From positions 21,638,001 to 21,702,000 of the forward strand of contig OX597840.1 in NCBI GenBank assembly GCA_951406725.2: DNA of 64,000 nt, read 5' to 3'. Below the pieces are notes generated by a model, which was not told where the DNA came from, made no database searches, and was given only the letters and a program-made list of their open reading frames with translations. Origin of the DNA: Octopus vulgaris. Taxonomy: Eukaryota. Numbering within the stretch: position 1 is the first letter of the stretch; each line of letters starts with the position of its first letter. Positions 12,900-24,900 of this stretch are shown in pieces. The translations under genes were made by a program, and so were the position numbers.

Positions 12900-14938
12900 C
12901 GCCATGTTGGATCATTAGCCCCTACACGCAATTTTTTTCTCTCCTTGTTTCTCTCCTTGTTTCTTTTCTGTGTATCTTTCTGTCGAAGAGCGTAGGCTCG
13001 AAACGTAAAAGACTTGTATTATTTCTATTCCTGAGCGTCCATACTAATACATTGTTTGTTTGTACTCCACCTGCCTTCGTCTTTTGTTTATTTTCATAAA
13101 CCTGCCTGTTATATATATATATATATGTATACACACACACACACACACACACATATATATCTTCCCCTTATACAAAATATACAAAACACACACACACCAT
13201 CTTCCTCCGTCACTCATTTTCTCTCTTTCTCTTCTCTCCTCCAGGGCCTCTACTATTCCTACTACAAAACCATGGTGGACTCACCCACCCTGAAGGACGG
13301 TCTCATGGACATAATGATGGACAACGTTACCGAGTACCCTCAAGTTATCAACACACTCAAGAGATTCAACCTCTACCCTGAGGTGAGCTAAATAAGATGC
13401 TATGAGAACAGGGTGAGCTTCTGTAGTGTTGGAGTTAGGGTTTCAAATCTCTCTGGTGTCTTTTTCTTATTTTAAAGAGGAAAAGAGAAAGGTCAGCACC
13501 AGTGAACCTTTTCAGACCTTTCTAGAACTTTGGCCCTATATTATATACCAGGTTTGTATATTTACCAGGCCTTAGGGAGCCATCTTCTCTCAATGTTGAA
13601 AAATTGTCTTGCATTAAATGGGTCCATAGTGCAATACAAGTGTAGGGACCACTGTTCTTCATGGTCACTTAAATTCCTAGAAATAGTAATGAAATTCTCT
13701 ACAGGCACAGCTTTCCATCTTAAAAGAAGGACACATTGGATGATATAACCAACATTGAGAGAAGATGGTCGCCAAAACCTGATAAAATATATAAACATTT
13801 GATAAATAGCTTTGGAGGTGCTTCTTTCAAAATTCCTCTTTTGTTTTTTCACACAATCACTTGTGTAAGTTTGCAATGGAATTTCCTCTGAGACATCATG
13901 TTTCAGTGGCCGAAAGCATGTTGGAAACCCTAACCCTAACTCTGAAAGGATGAAAGGCAAAGCCGACCTCAGCACCATTTGAACTCAGAAAGTGGAGGTA
14001 GACAAAGGCATTTTGCCTAGCATGCTACTGATTCTGCCAGCTCACTGCCTTATACCTTCCTGAAATATTACTGACCTTGTGTGTGTGTGTGTGTGTGTTT
14101 GCATACACTCACACGCACACACCACCACCACCACCATCATCATCATCACCATCATACTCATGTAAACTTCTGATTAAGCTGGTTCTTTTCTCCGCAGATC
14201 CTGCTCGCAGTGGGTTATCGGTCTTATGAGGCTGTCAATGCCTTTTTCCAACGGGAAACCAAGCAGTGCTGGAGAGTCAACCGTGGAGAGGGATTGTCCC
14301 CTGTTGATAGCTGTGAAGGTAATGTTGTTGTAGCTGTTATTGCTGTCTGTGTGTGACAAGGTTCACCATTGATGTGTGTTTTTAAGTTTTTACATTTAGA
14401 AATAATGTTGCACAAAGCACCATTAAACAAAGAATATTCGTGTAAAATCCTGCTTAACGTTTTTGAGCATATTTGGACATGATAAGGCCTGTCACTGTAG
14501 AACTAGTCCTGGGGGAGAGATTCTACACCCAGACTTGTGGAAATACACAGATTGTCTTGGGCTGTGAATGATGTCATTAGATCATAGGATGGATGCGGTT
14601 CTGTGTCATTCCATTTTGTCACCTGTGAAAACCATCTGAAGCTGATGAAGCAGAACAATGCAAAGACACTCACCTCCTTTGCTCCAACAACATCACTCAC
14701 AACCTAAAATAAGATATGTATGTGTAGTAAGAAGCTTGGCCCTAACCACATGGTTCCAGGTTCAGTCCCACTGCATGGCACCTTGGGCAAATGACATTTA
14801 CTTCAGCTTTGGGTCAGCCAAAACCTTGTGAGTAGATTTGATTGATGAAACTGAAAGAAGCCTGCCTTACACATATATATATATATATTGATAAAAACGG
14901 TAAGACAACAAAAGAAAGAAAGAGACCTCGATATTATG

Positions 14939-14981
<43 letters not shown>

Positions 14982-17900
14982 ATGTATGTATGTGTGTCTG
15001 TCTGTGTTTGTCCCCCACCACCATCACTTGATAACTGGTATTGGTGTGTTTATGTCTCTGTAGCATAGCAGTTCAGCAAAAGAGACCGATAGAATAAGTA
15101 CCAAGCTTAAAAAAGAAGTACTGAGGTCGATTCATTCAACTAAAATTCAAGGCCATGCCCCAGCGTGGCCACAGTCTAATGACTGAAGTATATAAAAGAT
15201 AAAAGAAACCTAGATGTGGAGAATTTCCGTGTGTGTGTCTGTGTGTGTGTGAACTCCCAGTTGAAATGCCTCATCAAATGTGCCTCTCAAACACTTCCAC
15301 CACCACTACCACACTATCACCCACACTACTGCCTTTACCATAATACCACCACACTGCCACGGTCATCACAACATACCTCTACCACTGCTACTACCACCAA
15401 CAAACATTACCTCTACTACCACTACTACTACTACTACACACTACCACCACCACCACCACCACACACTGTACTCACCCTTCACGTGTACCACCACCAGGTA
15501 CTGCTACCACCATCACCATCTCACTACAACCACCACCACCACACCACCCACTTCCCCACTACCACCCTACCTTCACCCATACTGCAATGGTCTCTAACTC
15601 CTGCCACACCTCCATCCTAACCAAAAACCCCCACCTGACCCCAAAAACTCAATTCCTCTCATGTTTTCTATATTTGCCAGGTCTTGGGGAACCGTCTTAT
15701 TTCTATGTTGAAAGTGTCTTCGCCCTGCATGGAATCATGATGTTCGTCTTCTTCCTCTTTGGAGTCTACTTCAGGTAAAAACAGCTTTTCTGCTTTCAGC
15801 CGTACAAGCGAGGGATGATGACTTGTTAATAGCTCTTGTTTGGGGACACAGGGATTCTAATTGTATGCGGCATGTAGAGAGGGGTCAGGCTCTTTCAGTA
15901 GTTGTTGTTTAGTCAGAGACCAGCTCTAACGGAGGACCCACCTTATTGATAGAGCCAAAGCTGTAACCTCCATGCACTCCATGAAATCCATGGGAGTGTT
16001 GCCCAACATGTCTGTTGAAATCACCGACCACAAGAATCAATTCTATATTATTTGTTATCAAAGTAGTGTGCAAAAGGCTCTTGTCAAATTGGTCCTTTGG
16101 ATCATCTGCCAGCCCAGGATGGAGAGGCCATAGGAAGAATCTCATTCTTCTCTCAAAGGTTGCAGATGTTACATAATACATCCTATAATGGTATGGCTCA
16201 GTGGTTGGAGCACCAGGCTCACAATCACAAGGGAGTGAGTTTGATTCCCTTGGATAACATCAGTGGTGTGGAGAGGAGAGGCTGGTATGCATCGGTGACT
16301 ACTGGTCTTCCATAAACAACCTTACTTGGAGGGGAACTTCCTAGGTGCATCCCATGGTCATTCATGATTGAAGGGGGCCTTTACCCTTTACCCTATGGTG
16401 TAATTTAAGAGTGATTTGGTTGCTGTTTCTAGCAAGTCGTGCAGCTACCCTGTTACTCCTTCCTTGACACACAACTGGTTTTAGTGAGGATAGACTATGA
16501 TCTAAGTCCAGGATGTGGTTGTTGTTGTCTTGCCTCATGTCAGCCTATAACTGGGCAGATCTTTGACCAAAGGCATTCCATGTGTGACCATCCTGTCCTT
16601 TTTTGATATTATGGACCACATTGTCTAATACGTGTTTTTCTTAAGTTAGAAGGACGGGATTTTTATTTAGTGTAAGAATTGCTGCTGTTGGTGGTGGTGG
16701 TGGTGGTGGTGTGCAGCCTCAGGTTACTCCTGGTTGAATATCCCTATAATGCATCAGGTGTTGACCAAACAACCAGATCTAATACACAGACCCATTTCAC
16801 CTGGAATGCCATACCTTTGACTGATTAAAGGTAATACAACACCTTCTGACATGCAGAGGTAAAATGGTATGGAATGCAATACTGCAGTTTGGATATATTT
16901 TATTCTCATGACCTGGTGCAGGCATGGCTATGAGGCAAGAAGGTTGCTTCCTAGCCACATGGCTTTGGGTTCAATCCCACTGTGTGGCACTTTGGGCCAG
17001 TCTCTTCTACTATAGCTTGTTACAATTTTAGTACAATTATAGCATAATTTTAATTATCTAATTGTAGTATAATTTTAGTATTATTATTATTTTAGTACAA
17101 TTTTAGTAGAATTATAGGATAATCTAGTCTTTGTCTTTCTTCTCCAGTGACAGTATTTTTGGTGGAATTCTTGCCGTAACAGCTTTCTTTTGTAATCATG
17201 GAGAGGTTGGTTTGATTTTATTATTTTTTCCTGTATTTATTAAATATTTTATTTTCTCCAAATAATTCCTTAACTAGTGAAATAGTTAGGACATCTATCA
17301 GCTCCAAATTTGATATACAAAAGAAAAAGAATATGAAAATAAATACTGAATTGACAATGCTGTTCTTTAGAGCAATAGGGCAGTAAAGGTTCCAGGTTCA
17401 GTCCCTGACCAGTCAACTGGGTATAATATCCATTGAAATTTTGTGTCAAAATGAAACCTTCAAGATGAAGGAATGGTTTGAAAAGCAGACATCAATTCTT
17501 TTATTAGTTGGAAACTTTGACTTCACATTTTTTGGTTTGTAGATCATGTCAGTGAAACAGGGATTTCCATATCCAGTGAAATAAGAGTTTCCAAAATCTT
17601 AGATAAATTTAACCAAGAAGGACTGAGATATGTGGTGCTATGCTGTACTCGAGAAGACCCACCTTCTGCAACAGAAGTGAGATCCTAAAACCAAGGTGCT
17701 GCATAAAAGCATTGGTGTGGGTGTTGGTGCCACACAAAAAGCACCCAGTGGAGCACTCTGTGAAGGGGTTGGTGTTAGGAAGGGCATCTATGTTAGGAAG
17801 AAACCAAGCCAAAACAGACCATGGGACCTGGTGTGCTCCTTGGCTTTGCCAGTTTCCTGTCAAGCCATCCAACCCATACCAGCATGGGAAACGGACATGA

Positions 17901-18790
17901 GATGATGATGATGAGGAAGGCCTAACACACCACACTGTTTATCAACAACAACAGGCCAAGTGCTTAGATAAACATAGCCAAGATCTAACATTATACTTTT
18001 GATGCCTTTTCAGTGCTGGATTACAAAGCTAAATAAAATTCTGGAAGCTTTTTGGCACTAGTGTTAGACATTTAATTTTTCTGTTAAGAAAACCAGAAAA
18101 TGGTTTATAACCATAGCTATTGATCCATTGGGTTGTCTTAACTCGTCTGTTTCTCTCATTGCAGTGCACACGTGTCCACTGGACTCCTCCCCTGCGTGAG
18201 AGCTTTGCCTTCCCATTCTTCATCATGGAAATGTTTATAGTCACGCATGTCTTACGGTGAGTCACCATTCAACAGTGTTTTATGTTTCCATGTCTTGGAG
18301 AGAAATCCTGCTGTGTTTGTGTCAGGAATCGAATTAAAATGTCTTCATGTTTTAGCAAAGATTGAGCAAATCTGGGAAGGTTTACACTTGGGTAGGAATT
18401 ACTGGGAAATGAACCTGTGTGTAATCGTTCAGTTATGTTGGATATGGAACTGTAGGTCTGGAGATCAAACCTAATCACTTGCCGGTCTGCCTTTGTGCTG
18501 TGGGACTCTTTCTTCAGAGCTGACCTCCATATTTTGATGGAGCGAGATATTGAATGGCTTCTGTTAGCTTTGAGTGTGTAGAGTGTTCAATAGGCATAAC
18601 TGCTATATTCTAAGGTTCTGACCAGGTACACTATGCCAGAAGTGCAACCACTGTAATATCAGAGGTACCTCAGTCAATTCTGATTGGGTACACTATGCCA
18701 GAAGTGCAACCACTAAACCATGTGCCTCCACACACACACACACACACACATAGTATTCTTTTCAGATACACATCCCAACACGTGACTAGG

Positions 18791-18851
<61 letters not shown>

Positions 18852-21800
18852 GTGGAGGATGTCTTATTTTGTTACTTGGTTAAGGCTGTTTACAGGGTTT
18901 CCTGTCTACCTTATTGTTCCAACACCTTTTCAATTATTTCTGTCATGGTCCATTTGTATGTAGCCCTTACTTAAGGTAGAAGTGGTGACAGGTGTATAAC
19001 AAAGAATACACTTTACAAAGGTGTTCTCTCTTAACATTACACCTTCATAACAACCCAGTAAACCAGGCCAGATTAAGATCCATAGAGGTCCTAAGCATTT
19101 AAAAAAAATTTGTACCCCACCATATACATTTAATTCGAAACATAAACAATAATAAACCATAAAATAGATTTATATTTTTCAAAATGAAACCAAACTAAAA
19201 AGTAAGATGGAAAATAATGTTTATTTTTGTATATTTCCACTTTATTTATATTTGAAAAGTTTTCTTCAATTTTTTCTTTTAATTACAAATTCCTTGATCA
19301 GTTCCTCAAAATTTATCTTATGTAACACATTTGATTCTCAACTATGTAGAGATAAAGTACCCTGAATATTATTTTAGCAAGTGTAACGTGATTTCTCCCG
19401 TACGGTCCACTACCTTCGGTGCTCTAAGCACTTGATTAGTTTAGTTAATGGTTACTCCAGCGCTGTATGTAAACAACCTCCGTAAACTTTGTGCCATCCT
19501 GAGAATCAAACTCTCAAAAAAAACACAATTTAACCCTTTCGTTACCAACCTGGCTGAAACCGGCTCTGGTTCTGAGTACAAATATCTTGTTTTCATAAAT
19601 TTTGAATTAAAGTCTTCCACCAAATCTTAGTCACAATTTATGTTCCTAACACTAGAGGAACGATAACTAAATTATTTTACCAAATTTTTTGTTGTATTTA
19701 AAGTAATTGAAAGAAAAACGGAGCATCTCAAAATAAATACAACAACGAAAGGGTTAAAACTAAATGATGCATTTCATGGTTTTATGTCAACTTCCAGCAA
19801 TTTTGTAGTTTTCCAAATAATTGTGGAGTCTCCATGAGTACTGCTAATATATTGAATGTTTCTAAATTTCAGAACAAATCGACCCATGTGGCGCCACAGT
19901 CTTATTGTTGCCATAGCAGCTACATTGTTCATGATCCCATGGCAGGTAGGCATCAGTTAAAACATGTCTTTAGGTGGTAAGTTACTCACTTGAGGATTGT
20001 AGAAGATCCAACCAAGTTCTTTGATTGAACAGGAATCAATGTAGGAGTTGTGAAACCAAAAAAAGCAGAACGTGAACCCTCGCTTGACTTGATGTGAAGG
20101 CTCCATATTGGAGTAAGCCTAATAAGCTGCCAACCCCCTAAGTTGGAACCTGTAGGAGTTCCGTTATGTGTCTTCGTTTATAGAAACACTGAAACCAATA
20201 TTCTTAGAGAATATAAAGCAGCAAATTGGCAGAACCATTGGCGCTTCAGACAAAATGCCTAACAGTATTTCTACTGGCTCTTTACATCCTGATTCAAATC
20301 CCATCAGGGTTGACTTTGCCTTTCATCCTTTTGGGGTGGATGGAATAAGTACCCCGTGAAGTTTGTTCTAACGAGACATCCACGTTTAACCCTTCAGCAT
20401 TTCAACCAGCCATACCTGGCCCAAATGCTTTACCTGTTTTATGGTCAAAAGTGAAGACACATGGCTCAGCGGTTAAAGCATCAGGCTCACAATCATGAGG
20501 TAGTGAGTTCAATTCCTGGACCGGGCTGTGTGTTGTGTTCTTGAGCAAGACACTTTATTTCATGTCGCTCCAGTTCACTCAGCTGTAGAAATGGGTTGCA
20601 ACATCACTGATACCAATCTGTATTGGCCCCTTTGCCTTTCCTTTGGATAACATCAGTGGCAGGGAGATGGGGAGGCTTGTATGCATGGGCGACTGCTGGT
20701 CTTCCATAAAAACAACCTTGCCCAGATTTGTACCCTGGAGGGGAACTTTCTAGGTGCAATCCCATGGTCATTTGTGACCAAAAGGGTTCTTTACCCTTTA
20801 TGTTCAAATAAGCCAGATTCAACCTGTCACACCTGCCCTACAATGTCATTCCAAAAATAAACAATCACATCATTGAAATCTCAAAGCTATGAGATAATGC
20901 ATGGTTAATTCAAAATAATGTGAATAAATAAGCATTATTCCATTTGACAGAGGAATCTGAATGCTAAAAGAATTAATATTAACCAAGATATTTCACTAAA
21001 CTCTAACATATTGTTTGTTCTTTCTATGATTTCGTCTCTCATTGCAGTTTGCTCAGTTTGCCCTGATGACCCAAACAATGTCAGTTTTTGCCACATACAT
21101 GCTAAACTTCATTGGATCACGGAAACTTAAAGTTATTGTGTTTGGCCAATTGGTAAATATTCGTTTCTGCTCTTTTCATTAGAATTCGAAAGAATCATTC
21201 TTTGACTCCTTTGTTATCCAATCTGAGATGAGATATTCAGCTTTTGTTTCAATTAATTTCGGAATTTATGAAGAATTGACATTATTAATTTGGTGCTTAG
21301 TAAACACAGAATTTTTGATGGAAGCTTTTTATTTGACCCCTTTAAACCTTTTATATAATAATAAAATAATAAAAAAAAAACATTGTGTACAGTGCTCAGG
21401 TGCACTACAACTCATCTAAAGTGTATGTATAATCAGGTGTAGTTTCGGCGGATTTTGGAAAGCATGAGGGCCTTAAAGGATGCAGTGTCATGGCAGTCAA
21501 CAACTGACGCAGGCAGTTTGTTCCATGCTTCAGCAACTCTGAGCGTGAAAAAATGTTTCCGAAAGTCATGGGAGCTGTGTTGTTTTCTGACTTTGTAGGC
21601 ATGTCCACGTGTGTTAGACACATGGAGATCAAAAAGGGTTTGAAAATTATGAAGAATTTAGTGAAATAACTCTCTCATAATTAAGTTGGTGTTGCAGACA
21701 TAAACATGGAATTTTGATGGAAACTTTTAGTTTCGATCACTTGAAGCCTTTCATTGGCAGATTTCTGTTGAAATGCACTGCGTTCTAAAAGAATGAAAAA

Positions 21801-21873
21801 TTTAGTAAAATCACTTTGTCATTATTTGAAACTTTTGTTATTATTATTATTATTATCATTATTATTATCCTTG

Positions 21874-21904
<31 letters not shown>

Positions 21905-24900
21905 CATCATCATCTCTTCAGTTAGGTTGGTTGATCAGTTGGACTCTGTTGTTCATGAATGAAATGTTACTCACGTCCTTCTACTTCTCCTGTCTAATTA
22001 CTGTGTTGGTAAGTAAATATCTCTCAATTGCTTGCTTCAGTCGTTTATCTCAGTTAAAGGTTTAATGGGGCCACTTCAGGGATGTTTATCTGTGTCACGT
22101 CACTGACAAAGATCAGCTCGCAAAGAAAAGGACAAGTTTAGCTGTTATCAACAAAGATTAAATTCATTATTTGTTTAGTTTCAAATTCCAGCTCTGTGTT
22201 TGTCCACCGTGGACTTCTATTTGGTTATCTGAGATGAAGTGGTTATTGGCTTCAGGTGTGCTGGAGTTATACGTACCAAGTAACACCTGGGATACATCAG
22301 ATATTGGTAACTAGATCAAGGAGGTCTGCCTCAAAAGGGGTTAGGTCTTTAACCATTGGAGGGTATTTACGTGTCTTTAAATTGTAATGGTCCATAATAG
22401 TGAGAGATAGGGTAGTATCAAAGAATAAGGCTTTCAATCTCATCCATCCCACATTGGTTGTAAATATATTGCTAAGTTCCTATTGGCAGATTGGAAACTA
22501 CCACCCTCTCCAAATTGAGCAGCTGTACCACAGACCCTCGGCCCACGATCCTTTCAGGTTTACAGTTTACAGTCAAAGGGAACATAACTCTAATTCTCTC
22601 CATTTGTGCTTGAGAAGACCTGCTCAGTCAAGTGAAATTGTAGTTATGGCCGATGTCAGCACCACCTGACTCACACCCGTGCTGGTGGCACGTAAAAAAG
22701 CACCATTCGAGCATAGTCAATGCCAGTGCCACCTGCCTGGCTCCTGTGCCAGTGGTACGTACAGAGAGAGGAAAGAAGAGAGACAGCATAGCGATGGTTT
22801 TGGCTGACTGTCATCCTGTACTCCCCTTGTTGCTAGTTGAAATGGCATGAGCCGGCTGTGTGAGCAACTGGGTGTTTTAATGGCAGAACAAACAGGACAT
22901 AAAGGTTACAAAAATAGCGATTCTCACTTTGAAACTAACGATTTTGAGAATCTTTTTAGATTACAGAATGCCCAGCTCTCTCATGTATACATGTTTAAAA
23001 TTTCGGCGTGATCGGATGAACAATACTCAAATTATAAGCGCACAAACAGATAGACAGAACGGATTTTATATATATATATATATATATATATGAGAGGCGC
23101 AATGGCCTAGTGGTTAGGGCAGCGGACTCGCGGTCGCAGGATCGAGGTTTCGATTCCCAGACCGGGCGTTGTGTGTGTTTATTGAGCAAAAACACCTAAA
23201 AGTTCCACGAGGCTCCGGCAGGGGGTGGTGATCCCTGCTGTACTCTTCCACCACTCTTTCTTCTGTTGGCCTGCTCGCTTAGCCAGCGGGGTGATGTTGT
23301 TCGAAGGCTAAAGCAATGGGAACGCATTGTGACCAGCGATGTGTAACAACATCTGATGGTCTGGTTGGTCAAAAAGAAAAAGATATATATATATATATAT
23401 AATTTCAAGGGTTGAACAGAAAGAACACAACAAGGAGAAAAATTAGATGAAAACACAGCAAACAGAAAACTAGGTGTAAAGATAAAAAATGGAAAATTCC
23501 ACAAAAATTTGCAGCAGATTTCCTTGAGTCAGTCAAAGACCAAGACATTCTCTTGGTTTTGCATTTTTTAACATTGAGACCACTCCATCTTGGCAGCGCC
23601 AGAGCATTAAGCTTCTGGGAAAAGCTAATGAATGAATACAGGGACAATAATAAATGAGACAAGCTAAAATAATATGTATGCAACAAAAAAAAAACAATAA
23701 TACAAACATACAATAACACAAATATATATATATTGTGTGTGTATATATATATATATAATCAAAAATAAGCAACAAGAATGAATCCGGTAATTTAGTACAA
23801 TTGTTTCATACTACAACATTTTATTAAAAGCTTTAAATATTACAGCAGATATAAGATGCCGAGTAATCTTCAGCTAATTTATATAGGTTTTCCAATAATA
23901 TAAAAGCTTTCAAATCAAGTAATAACATCTTAGGGAAGGTAAATATACTGGTAAAGATGTAGATATGAATCTTAGGAACATATGAGGCTGTGTAGTTCAG
24001 ATGCTAACTGACCAAAACTCTGCTATATATATATCTGTGACATAGCTAATAGATGAGCTTGGGAAACAACTGCTCCCCCTGAACACATTTTTTCAAAATT
24101 GGTGCCTTTTCAGGAATTTCTTTTTAACCCTTTAGTTACCAGTATCAATAGTTTTAAGTTTCGTACAATAATGAAACATGAAAATTAATGAGTGTAGAAT
24201 GCAATTATGTATATTATAACAAATAGAATATTCCACGTAATAAAGAGAAATGAATAAAAAAAGGCTTGGTAGGTGTCACACTATCCCTTTTTTTATGTGA
24301 TCGCTCCCTCTAACTTTAGAACATGGTTACACCTCATATATATGTGTGTGTGGGTGTGTCTTCTGCTGTTCTTTATAGCATTTTTTTCTTTTTTTTAGGT
24401 GATTATGTTTCTGGAACCATTACTTGTGAAATTACGGCTCCGGATCTTAATTATGGTAAGAGAGTTTTCATTCTGTTAACTTAAATAGCAGCCAAATCTC
24501 CCTCAAAAAGTTCTCATGACTTTTGGAGAGTGTTTAATAAATTAACACAAACTGAGAAAAGATTATTATTATTATTGAGTGAGAGAGCAGTGCATGCCCT
24601 CAAAGTGACACTGGGGTAAAATATATGAAGCCCAGTATACCTATCATGACTACCCGTCTGATAAGGGTGCACTAGGTACATGCATCACAACCATATGTGC
24701 TTGACATGGTGATTTCATATCAAGATAAACAGCGCATGATCTTGCAGGTGGGGCCCAGTTAGAATTTTGTTCTGGTCGAGTAAGCCATCCTGCTCAAAAA
24801 GATCCCTGAATAAGGGTTGTTTAAGGATGTTGAATGAAACACCCCTGTTTCCGAAGGTGAATTATTCAAATCCCAAAGAATCCCTGTCAACACATGGCTA

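Noticed and set aside
13926-13941. AACCCTAACCCTAAC as a possible telomerase RNA template
   Set aside because: Only about two telomeric units, embedded in a degenerate SINE, with no pseudoknot or CR4/5 context recognised
18625-18714. 28-bp direct repeat GGTACACTATGCCAGAAGTGCAACCACT
   Set aside because: Simple local duplication with no evidence of function
23093-23165. tRNA gene
   Set aside because: It is the tRNA-like head of multicopy SINE family B and continues into the SINE body
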